20,000 nt of DNA from Toensbergia leucococca (taxonomy: Eukaryota). Made by a program: the position numbers and the translations under genes. The notes under the pieces were generated by a model, which saw nothing but the letters and a program-made list of their open reading frames with translations, was not told the origin of the DNA and made no database searches. The DNA lies in assembly GCA_022813965.1 (NCBI GenBank), contig JALDZS010000112.1, positions 56,010 to 76,009 of the forward strand, read 5' to 3'. Position 1 is the stretch's first letter, and each line of letters opens with the position of its first letter. Positions 1 to 10,457 of the stretch are shown in pieces.

Positions 1-437
1 TCAAAAATGAGGGAATTTGTTGTAGGGAGATGTGCTGGAGTTGGAATTTGATACGTGCTTTGGTGCATTCGAGGATTAGCATGCTTACTGCGGTCATACT
101 GGATTTTTCTCAGCGAGAGCGATTCGATAATTTCACATCTAAAGACAATAATTGTTGCATGCTTTACTTACAGTCTGCTCTTTGTTTCCCAAGTTCTTAT
201 TGTTCATCACGAAAGGAAGGCAAAGCTAGTCATTGTGTTCCATTCGTTTCGGAACAAAGAGCAACTATCTGTATTCACCACAAGAATGCCTATTATAAAT
301 GTACACAGACTGCACTCCATCTTTACTATCTTGCTCACGCGAGCTCAACATTCCAGTCTCAAAAGACCCCAAGCTCAAGAGATATCCAGGCCACACTCGA
401 ACCATGCATCAAACTTTTCAACCCCAGAAATCCGAAC

Positions 438-668
438 ATGTGCGAACGCGTCACCGAGCTCTACGCTTGCGGGCATCAAAAGAGAGCCTACTGGGACAAA
501 TCGGGATGTCAGGAACGACGCAATAGGGGAACGGGAAGGCCATCTTGCACTCATAATGAGAACGGGCGTACATGTTACCTCCAAATCAAGTGCGATGAGT
601 GTAAGGAGAAGGCGAAACCAGGCTTGGGCGGACTTTTGAAGGAGCGCATACGCAGCATGATATCATGA
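438..668 (+). CDS. Small Cys/His-rich hypothetical protein (76 aa), possible zinc-binding microprotein
   Basis: ATG at 438 (context AACATG, A at -3) within ORF 30..668. Translates MCERVTELYACGHQKRAYWDKSGCQERRNRGTGRPSCTHNENGRTCYLQIKCDECKEKAKPGLGGLLKERIRSMIS. The MC-x6-Y-x-CGH...C...C...CxxC layout resembles many small unannotated ascomycete proteins (recognition, not a search). Confidence 0.6.
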   Translation: MCERVTELYACGHQKRAYWDKSGCQERRNRGTGRPSCTHNENGRTCYLQIKCDECKEKAKPGLGGLLKERIRSMIS

Positions 669-785
669 AGAGAAGCATGTGCTGCTTTGCTAAGGCCTTT
701 TCACGTATCTTCTACTGCGAGCACACCCTGTCCAAGAAATTGTCCAAGTTCATCTTTTATTTGGCTGCACAAGTAAAGTAATGTG

Positions 786-2566
786 CTATATAAAGCTGCA
801 ATCAATACCGTGGTTACATTCTGCTCCTTTACGAATGATCTCTAGCATGTCTTTCCCTTTTGGTGCCGTTGTCAAATTTTCGTACCCGCTGGCTGTAATC
901 AAGATATCGTCTTCAATCCTGACTCCTCCAACGTGCATATATCTATCCAAGACCTCCTTGTCAATTAGTTCTACGAATTTTGGATCAGGCAGATACATGT
1001 GCTCCAGAGTATACTTGGAGAAGTATATTCCCGGCTCGACTGTGAGCACCATGTTCTCCTCGAGGAGGGGAGCGTCGAGTGTGCACGGTGCTCTGAGGCC
1101 GTCACCTTGAGCCAGAGTTAAATGAGCTTGTGAGTCGACCAATCTTGGCATATCATGCTGTGCACCGGGGAAAAGCATAAAATTCGAATCCTGGATTGAG
1201 TTCTGGCTGCTCTTGGCAAGCTGAGAAGCAGAGGCTCTCGATGTAAAGCCAAGATTTCTTGCGCCGAAGCTCCCGGAACCGGCGTTCCCAAGTGCTTGGC
1301 TACCGTCGCCGTCTGCTTTCTTCCTCAAGCCAAGTATTTGTTTTTTACTCACATCATGTACCTCTAGCCCCATATGGTGACCTAGTCCATGGGGGAAAAA
1401 TGCCTTACTTGCCCCTTTCTCCATTATCGAGTCAACGTCTCCTCTCTTGAAGATACCTATTCGCATGAGTCCTTTCACGGCGATACGGTGTGCAAGAACA
1501 TGTAGATCCAGATATCTTACACCAGGCCCTAATTCGCTAATACAACGTTCTTGCATCTCTTCGACGATGGCATATACCTCTGCCGTCTGCTTACTTGCCC
1601 ATCCCTTGCTACTAGTTGGGAATGTTCTAGTAATATCGCTTGAATAACATCTCCATTGACAGCCTGCGTCCATGCAAACTAATCCCCTGCCCTGCAATGG
1701 CTCATCATTTTTGACATAATGCAGAGTGGAGGCATTTGTACCTGATGCCACAATAGGTGTGTAGCCCTGGTACTTGGCGCCATGAGCAATACAAATGTCG
1801 AGAAAAAGGGCATGGATTTGAGCTTCGGATCTGAGTGAGTTGATTTGGTGAAGGATGGTACGGTGAGCTATGGACGAGAGGTTCACTGCATGGCGAATGA
1901 GTGAGATTTCGTGGGGAGATTTGATGGCGCGAGATGTGTCAAGGGCAATCAGCAATGATTCGATGTCAAAGTCAGGCCGAGGTGATACTGGTGGAAGAGA
2001 GTGGGGCGTCTGATCTGGGTGCAGAGCATAGACTTGAACTTGACGGTTGGCGATAAGCCACTGATAGATATCATTGTTCAGAGAGGTTGTGAGACAGACT
2101 GTGTCTACATCGTATCTGTTCTCGAGAGTCAAACCCAGTCGTTGACTCTTTGATAGATAGGGCTACTGACTTGTCTTCAGCCTCATGCACGGTTGATCCA
2201 CGGCCAAACCATATTACTCTCTGCGGGCTAATCGGTGGGATGTACAGCGAAAGGTGATCCCGTTCGATGTCGTATGTGAGATAGCAATCAGGCTCATCGA
2301 CACCGCTAAGGTAGTAGAAATAACGTCTTTGACGGAAGGGATAAGTCTGGTCTGAATCCTCCATGTAGACCGTGTGCTGGCCGGGAAGATACATTAAGCC
2401 TTTACTCACGCCCAGATAGCCGGCAACGGCCCGAGCGTGTTGTTTGGCTGGCTCATGATCAAAATATAGAATACAATGGAGCTCATAGTCATGACATACC
2501 AGGATATTTATCCATATTGGAGCCACAGATCGTGATCCTATGATTGCAATACGGGAGTGAGGCCAT
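786..2566 (-). CDS. Xaa-Pro aminopeptidase / prolidase-like M24B metallopeptidase (~557 aa, 3 exons)
   Basis: Exons 2566-2500, 2447-2171, 2115-786; introns GTATGT..CAG (2499-2448) and GTCAGT..CAG (2170-2116); total 1674 nt. N-terminal DKYPAKQHAR and [12 protein letters not shown] motifs. Metal-ligand motifs [43 protein letters not shown]. An alternative in-frame ATG lies at 2515. Confidence 0.95.
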
Positions 2567-3431
2567 ATTGATACTGATATAAGCACGAACGAGGTGAGAA
2601 TTTGTGTGGATGGTTGTATTCAACGATCAATCAAGCTGGGATACAATGTTGGAGAATGGGAACGACGGGAAGTCGAGGTATGGAATTACCAAATACCTAT
2701 GAGAAATCAGGGTCGAGAAGTGGCTTTGTCTTGACTACCAAAAACTTCACAGCTACATCACCTTGACCTTGTCTAGGAGCACTCGTACAATTATCACGGT
2801 GTGTATTTAGGGATTAGGAACTTCATCTATTTACCTACTTAGGCTAAGCCGCTCCAACGTCGCTCTGCCGAGGAGTCTTAGCTACCGCAAGAACAATGGA
2901 AAGTGCAGGAAAGTGCTTGAGGTGAAGACCTTCCTACGATTTGAAAGTCTAGGGCATGACATACTCCGCTTTGAAAAAGGCTAGGATACATTGTGTCGGG
3001 CATACATGACTTCGAATATTACCGCATTACCAAGCAAAACAAATAGAAACGTCCGCCAATATGCCAGACTAACCCGGAAGAGTGACTATCGATCGAATCA
3101 TGTTGTGCTGATGCAGGTGCTGGGTGTGCTATATTCACAGATGGCGTGGCTGTCGTAAAAGGGGTATAGGGCTTTGGGCGGGATGGGGGGTTTCTGGAAG
3201 CTGGTGCTGTGCTCAGTGTCGCTATATTGCGCGTGCAACGGGAGACCGCCGACCCGAAGCCATTGGCTTTCTCGGACCGGCTAGGGTGCTTTGAAGTCCA
3301 GTAGCTAGGATATTGCTACATCCGTGGCGTCTGGGTGTCGGTTTCGGACCATCTACCGACGTTGTGCCTGCTCTTGGGTTTTTTGCAGTGAGATAGCTGT
3401 ATCGCTGAGAACACAAGAGATCGAGGCCGCA

Positions 3432-6400
3432 TCAAGACATCTGAGCCCCTGATACAGTGGCTGTTTGACGTCGCACTTGCTCCCGAGCCCATCGAGCGGT
3501 TTCAAGCGTCCTAAATTGGAATTCGCGGTTCGAGCGAGTATCCTTGATCAACTGAGTAGTCCAATCAGAGCGGAAGTAATCGCTATATTCTCCGCGCGGA
3601 AATGTATCTGCCAGGTCGCTGTATGCGGATCAGCCGGATATCCTGTTTACAGATCAACGCAGCCAGGGTAATTCTTACCCAATGACGCCCATCGAGGACC
3701 GCAGAAGCGCTTCGCTTCGATTTTGATCTTGCGCAACAGTATTTAATAACTTGAAAATTGACTCCACGTACGTAGTCAACAGTTGGGCTAAGGGACGTCA
3801 GCAGCGTTCAGTAAAGAGCTTGTGCGCCATACGTTTGCTTTGTTTTAATGCTAGAATAATGCCTCCCCAGGCATCCATAATACCTTCCCGTAAAGAAATG
3901 ATGTATTCAAGCATATCGTAAGCGCCATCAGCGTTGATTGTGACCGTCGCTGCTTGTTGCAGTACTTGGACTACTACGGACAAGTAAGTCTCGAAATGCG
4001 GACCTATTGCTTGGGCGATGTCTCCAAAGCACTGTAATATGGCTGGCTTGAATTGATTGCTGAGCGAAGTACTCTGCAAAGAGTCAGCGATTAAATCATA
4101 CTCCACGAAACAGAAGACTTACTCTTAAATTGCTGAGCAGATAGTTCATAAAGGAATCACAATATGGTTGAGATTTCTCTCCTAGTGATCGCGTGATATC
4201 GCTGACAAGCCCTATTGCCATGGCGCAGAGACCTGGTTCATCCTGGTTTCCTAGTGCATTGTACAGGAAATGTACGAAAGCTTCCATGTATTTGACGAAG
4301 TCTTCTTCTAGTGCATTGGATAGTGCACCCACGGCAGCAAATACAGTGTCCGGAACGCTTGATTTCGGACCTACGGAGTTCAGAATTTGTAAAAGCACAT
4401 GCATGATACGATCCGCTTGAGGCCGAATCTCTCCTTCTAGACGCTGAATGATGGCCTAGGCAATTTTAGGAACACGACTCGCACCAAAGAGAAGGAAGTC
4501 TGAATCGTCTTACCAAAAGAACACTAGTAAGACTAGTCTGGATCTCTTCGAGAGTGATTCGGTCCTCCACACTAACAATTTGATGCTGCATGGGAATGGT
4601 GTTCTCAAGACGTTGCAGAACGACATCAGAGAGTTCTGCTACAATGTGTAGGCTATCATTGGCAGCATTGGTGACGAAAGCATTTAGCACTTCATATGCA
4701 GCCATTCGAAGCTGATTGTCAGCTTCGGCACTAACAACGAGTTAGCATGAATCTCAAAACTTCTGATCATAGACGACAATCAAATTGCTCAAGGTACCTT
4801 TCCGTGACACCCAGAAGGTGAGTAACACTGTCCTGAAAATGGGCAGACAGAGGATTTTGTTGACATCCTGGCTCGCCTGCAAACCTATCGGCCAGGTTCA
4901 TGAGAGCCCAGCAGCAAGAACCTGCCATCTTTGGGTTACTTGACAGGCCGGCAAACAAAGCAGCGATTAGTGGAGGTAGGTGTACTTGTGGGTCGATGGA
5001 GTCTGAAACGTTCTCACAGATCCGGCCCAAGGCGTAGGCAGCAGAATCCTTGACTTGGACCACACTATCGTCCATCATGCCAATTAGTACAGGTAAAGCT
5101 TGCTTGATGATAGGATCAAGCGTCTTCTCTTCTGGGCCTTCCATGATAGCGCCAAATGCGGAGACTGCAGCATCTCGGTAATGCCAGTCAGCATGTCGAA
5201 GATTTTGCTCTACGAAACCTAGCACAATCTGAATGAGGTCGCTACCCACTGATTGAGCGTAAAGCTGCAAACACTGGTATGCTGCTCTCGAAATATTATA
5301 ATCCTCGTCGCCGGCGTCTTCGTCTTGTTGGGTTAAGAGTTGAAGTATCACAGGAACCACTTCGCGTGCTGCCACCCGAGAGAAATTAAAAAGAGGTCTC
5401 ATCTCTGAAGATCCTTCCGATCGCGCCTGCAGATATGATTAGAATAGAGATGAAGCCAGAATATTAATTGTCACTTACAATGTGGTTATCATCCTCAATC
5501 GCAATCTCTTCTTCGCAGACTGTACACCAAAATTCGATTGCGAGTTTCGCAACATCTTCCTCTTCGCTTTTCATGCCCATAACCGTAAGGCCAAAGAGTG
5601 CCTTCTCCATGTAGAATCTCATCTTATCATAGTATAGGCCCATGATCCTATTCAAGCAGCCGTAAGAGCCTGCCTCAATGCGGCTATCTCCAGACTGCGT
5701 GGCTTCGCAAATGACTTGCATGATGTAGTTTCGTTCTCCCTCATTATCAAAATTGGTGCGCACAAATTCCAAGGAGTCCCCTAGGGCAATAATAGCTGCA
5801 TTTCGTACGTCCATATTGGCCTCTTCTTTTCGTGCTCCTTGGACCACAGCTGTAAGGATTGCATTCGAGTGCTGCGAAAGGCTGTCTCGTAGTTCGGTAT
5901 CTTCGGTTTCACAGATAAAGCCTAATGTTGCAAGAGAAGCCTGTTTGAGGTGATCTGCACCTTCGCCAACATTTGCTACAAGGACTGTCATCAATTCCGA
6001 CCACTCATTCCTTGGGATTTCAATGGCTGCTATTGATGCAATGAATTGCGCGGCAGATTGTCCAGCCCTCGCGTCCTTTGAAGCAAGCGTCTTCAGAGCT
6101 AGATCCTTAACAGACTTTTTGACTTGAGGATCAACTCTCCGAATCCACTTGTCTTGGGCCTCTCTTAGGCGGGCATACTCTCGGGCCGAGAAGGCATTCT
6201 TCAAAACAATACCCGCCGCTGTTCGGATATGGGGTAGAGCCTGATCGTTCGCGAGCTCTTGAGCCAGCGTAGTGAGGTAAGTAGACTACGTGTTTTGATC
6301 AGTTCCTACTGCCTCTATAGACTCCACTGGCAAAACTGAGAGGACTCACAAAATCGAGCTCAGCGGCTTGGGAAAGCTGGTGCTCGGCATTCTGGCGCGT

Positions 6401-6521
6401 TGAAGCATCTGAGGCAGCAAATTTTAGCTCTAGAGCAGGTTCGAAGATCTGAAGATGTAGGGACTTCTAGTAGATACGTACCTGGAGAGAGTGTGCCCTC
6501 AAGCACCTGGTTCACGTCCAT
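3432..6521 (-). CDS. KAP95: Importin subunit beta-1 (karyopherin beta, HEAT repeats; ~873 aa, 9 exons)
   Basis: Exons 6521-6482, 6408-6350, 6285-5479, 5426-4798, 4730-4514, 4455-4123, 4073-3833, 3787-3679, 3618-3432; total 2622 nt. IBN_N start MDVNQVLEGTLSPDASTRQNAEHQL...RTAAGIVLKNAF. Conserved motifs ERNYIMQVICEATQ, AIEFWCTVCEEE, WHYRDAAVSAFGAIMEGP, KPAILQCFGDIAQAIG, ETARWAREQV. Confidence 0.97.
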
Positions 6522-7168
6522 CCTCCGACGGAACAAGATGACAAAGTCGCAACCAGGATCAGAATTTCGATGACAAGCTGCAAAAGCACTATCGCATTTA
6601 GGTTCAGGAAAGGCTTCAGGTTCGAACAATGAAGGAGTATGCTATGTATGGGGTTGGTGCAAAGAGTGTTTGGCAGCTTCCCTTGTCGGTAGATGATTCT
6701 ACGGAGTACAAGTTAAGTTAAGGTCGAAATCAGAAGCGAGAATTGGTTAATAAAAATAATTTATGAAATATAATTATTTAAATCGTTGTGTCTCAATTGT
6801 AATTACATCTCAGCAGCTCCAATGTGAGCGAACAACTTCCCTTAATTGCTACAGCTTCACAGCAACACTGACTCACCCCTTCTTATTCATATCATCATGT
6901 CAAAAATACGTAAAAATTCTGTAGGGCTGAAATGTACCTAAGCAGGAAATGGACATGGTTGTCATATGTCAACGTCTGGGCGACTAGATTATGCAACATA
7001 AATGGTCGTTTTGTAGAAATTGCCAGCTATTTCTAGGCTTCTTATACTACCAGAAGTGGAACGTTGACTGTCAAAATCCTCCTGACAATTTGACAAAAGT
7101 TGAAGAGGGGGAAATGCCACTTGGAAGAGCACCCTCGAGTAATTCACCATCTTCACCAGACAACCCCT

Positions 7169-9872
7169 CTATGAAAAGCTATCCACATCGTAAATCCGGT
7201 AGTGTTTCCTATCCTGAGCAAGAACGCAGGCGACCCGACGACCTTTTCGTCCGTTGATTTCCAGCCGTTCTGCACACCACGTGACACCCTCGGGAAATGT
7301 ATGTTGAGCGCATCCAGGGATCTTTGTGAGATCTGGCAGGCCGGCTTCAAGAGCAGTGCAAACAGAAGATTCGGGCACGCACGCAGTGGTACTGTCTCCT
7401 AAGGCTAATTTGGTGTACATTAGCCCGCCAGGATGACCCGCGGTGTTACGGTATGGAATACATAGCAGTCGTGAATGGGCTGCGGTAAGAGTGTTAGCAG
7501 CACAAAGGTATTTTTGGGTCGCCATAAGAGTACTACTGACGCTGCCCCGACAACGCCACGATCAACGAGTCATCGTCAACGAACTTCACGTCCACGACCT
7601 TTTCGAGGGATAATTGAACCAACGCATACTCAACACTCATTGTAGTACTAATTCCGTTCTCAATTTTCAGAATCACTCTATGTATCCAGACTATACGCTT
7701 TCTTAGCACTGAAACAGGAGCCCGATGGGCGTAAATCTTACCTTTCTCTCTGTTTTCGAAGGGAACTGATGCCACATATGTCACACATACGTTTATCTCC
7801 CTAGCATGCTTGATCCACAGAAGATCAGCTTCATGGATCGTAGACTGCGAAGGGGAGTTTACTGACTTCATTTACCATCCTCATGTCTTTACAGACTGGC
7901 ACCCAATTCCCTAGATATATGGGAGCACCAAACCTGACATTTCTGCGCTGTGTCTCAGCTATTCTACCAGAGACTAGATTGCATTGCGCATCAAGGTGCG
8001 CTATCAATGCATCAAGACCAGGTAGTTGCTTGTCTGACTTGGTTCCCTGGCTGAACTCGTTCAACTCCCGCTTGTAAAGCTCGTATAAGGATCGACCTTC
8101 TGCTGCCAGATCCCATTTGAGGCGTTTGTCAAGTTGCGGCTGCATATTGAAGAATCCAATGAGCTGGCTTTGCATCATGGCACCACCAATGTACTCCAGT
8201 GTTCTTGCATGATCGATCAGGCCGTCTTTTTCAACAGCGTCCTGTGCAGATGGCGACGTGGAATCTGCCGCCTGCGTATCTATCTCTTGCCGTAACCACG
8301 TGGAAAATGCAGAAAATTGTCGGAGCTCGGAGCAGGTAGCGATAAGGATTCTGTGTGCCAAGAATTGGAGACAGTTTACTGAATCAAGGATATTGTCAAG
8401 CTCTTGGGTTGAAAGACCAAGTGCGGCATTTGATTTCTGGAATCTAGATAAACCACGAAGCCGACTTACAATGACGTTGAATCTTTCCAAGGCAGGCATA
8501 AGATTTTCATGAGTCAGGCGTCGTACATTTTCATATCCTGTGACAGCAGCCTTCTCCCACCGTTTATGCCCCTGTTTAAAATATCAACAAAGGATCAAGT
8601 AGGCATACCGACTTTATCTCAATCATACCCTTTCTCCTAGCTCATCGACTAGCCATTCTTTGACTGGTGGAAAGCAATTACCAGTGACGACAAGATGGTA
8701 AGCAGCTTGTACCCACGTACAATCGCACTTCTCTTTCAGAGTCTCCTCGATATTTTGAACGAACTTGCCGGGTAAGTCTAACGAAGTCTTGAATTCCGTA
8801 TAAATTTGTCTTTGAACTTGATGAATATAGCGTAGTACGTTGTGTAGTTGAGTGGACTTCGAAGCCAGCAACGACAAATATCTCCCAGCACTAGATACCA
8901 GCCGGAGATCAAGAGGCAAAATGTGGAGCTCGTCCTGGCCAGGCGAAGCAGCTGCTATCAGCAACGTATGAGTGGTCGAGTAAGGATGAGAAGAATGTAG
9001 TAAGGCTTTGCTTCCACTACGGGCCTGTGATGACTGTTGGATGTTGAAGCTACCGATCTCAAAGAAATCATAGATACTCAAGTGAATCGTACCATCATCA
9101 AAGCCCACGACGAGTACGTCTGCCGAATCGGTGTAGTCTTTCTTGGGTTGCTGAAACAGAGTGTCTAGCGATGCTCGAGAATTCAAGATTTCGTCCCTGA
9201 CGAAATTCAGTGGTGTCTAGCTAGATCTCATGCTCGGCACTAAACACCTACTCTTTACCCCCAACTGCTAGAGTGCTTAGCTTTGGTAAGGTGCCTTCAG
9301 CATCAAGGAATGCCAGGTCCATCGGTAGATCTGGCAGGGTGTCTGAAGCGTTCATCTGGATGCTTTGACTCAATATGTCATCAAGAGTCACTTCTCCACC
9401 TAGCTCGTTGAGATGCTTTCTCACAGCCTTAATATCTGTGAAATTCATTCCCCATCCTAAGCAGCAGACCTGCGATGCCGAGTGTGCTGAGCAGTCAATT
9501 TGGTGCATCATTTTTCCGGTATGGGCGTCTGTCAAGCAAATAGAGTGGTTGCTAAAGGCTACAGCAAGTGATTGACCTAGCTTTGGATTCAGCTAAGAGA
9601 TTGCGCCTCGGTGATTTCTGAATTTCAAAAAGATGCTGACCATTGGGCTTCCATTTCATCTGTCTAACTTGGGCTCCCGGCGGTTTGCTGATGACACTGA
9701 AAACACGCTGACCATTGAGCCGATTGACATGGACCTGCTCATTGACGGTCGCCAGAGCAATCAAATCCATTGTGGGACAGTATGCTAGATGGTCTGGATT
9801 GACTGGTAGGTACTCGACCTTCTCGGCCAGCATATTAAGCCCTGTTGGCTCGTCATCTAAACGAGCCGTCAT
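7169..9872 (-). CDS. APC4: Anaphase-promoting complex subunit 4 (WD40 plus helical domain; ~785 aa, 7 exons)
   Basis: Exons 9872-9641, 9576-9252, 9196-8629, 8571-7867, 7808-7742, 7690-7541, 7479-7169; total 2358 nt. Motifs YCPTMDLIALAT..RLNGQRVF..WKPNGQSLAVA, LVVGFDDGTIHLSIYDFFEIG, KEWLVDELGERGHKRWEKA, LMPALERFNVIVSRLRGL, NGRKGRRVACVL. The 3' exon boundaries are less certain. Confidence 0.9.
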
Positions 9873-9879
9873 CTTGAGA

Positions 9880-9915
9880 TTATCTCCGGTGTCGTGGAGA
9901 TTCACGTATTGACAT
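9880..9915 (-). other. Candidate uORF MSIRESPRHRR* upstream of APC4
   Basis: ATG at 9915 (A at -3), TAA at 9882-9880, ending 7 nt before the APC4 ATG. Confidence 0.35.
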
Positions 9916-10332
9916 CCTGTATTTCTTTGCACCGAAGCCTTAACACAAAGAGATTTGATGTTGCCACGAAGCGTATCTCGAATATGAAATATGGGGGGTT
10001 GTCAGTCTGTAGGTAAAGTAATTATGAAGGGATTGTGTGTCAAACAACATTTGTGGCAGGAGTGCAGGGTCGAGAATATTATTATACTACTTAAATAAAC
10101 AGATCGATTCTTCTACACAAGCATATGATGGTAGGGAAGGTACGTAGTAGGTACACAGCTGTGACGTACATGCAAGAACGAGCTGGTTCTACCTAGCTTT
10201 CCATACTACAATGATCAAGACGTATTCACTTGAAACAGGTGGTTAATCCTGAAGCATTGGAGTATCATGTTTAAAACTCAAACGGTTTCCGAGGAACGCC
10301 TGTGGTTGGGCACAATTGAGCACCGAAGCAAG

Positions 10333-10348
10333 CTACCTACCTACCTAC
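10333..10348 (+). repeat. (CTAC)4 microsatellite
   Basis: ctacctacctacctac in the APC4/delta-COP spacer. Confidence 0.8.
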
Positions 10349-10457
10349 TGTCGGTATTTCTGCTGTCTAAGCATGGGCCTAGAGCCTAGCCACATGGTAG
10401 ATCCTGCATTCATTGTACTCGTAGCTAAGAACAAGTGTTTCTCATAGTAGCTTCTCT

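Noticed and set aside
3060..3430. GC-rich KAP95 3' region with small hairpins (e.g. GTCGGT..ACCGAC), considered as an ncRNA or tRNA
   Set aside because: Stems are only 5-8 bp, with no cloverleaf or snoRNA box arrangement.
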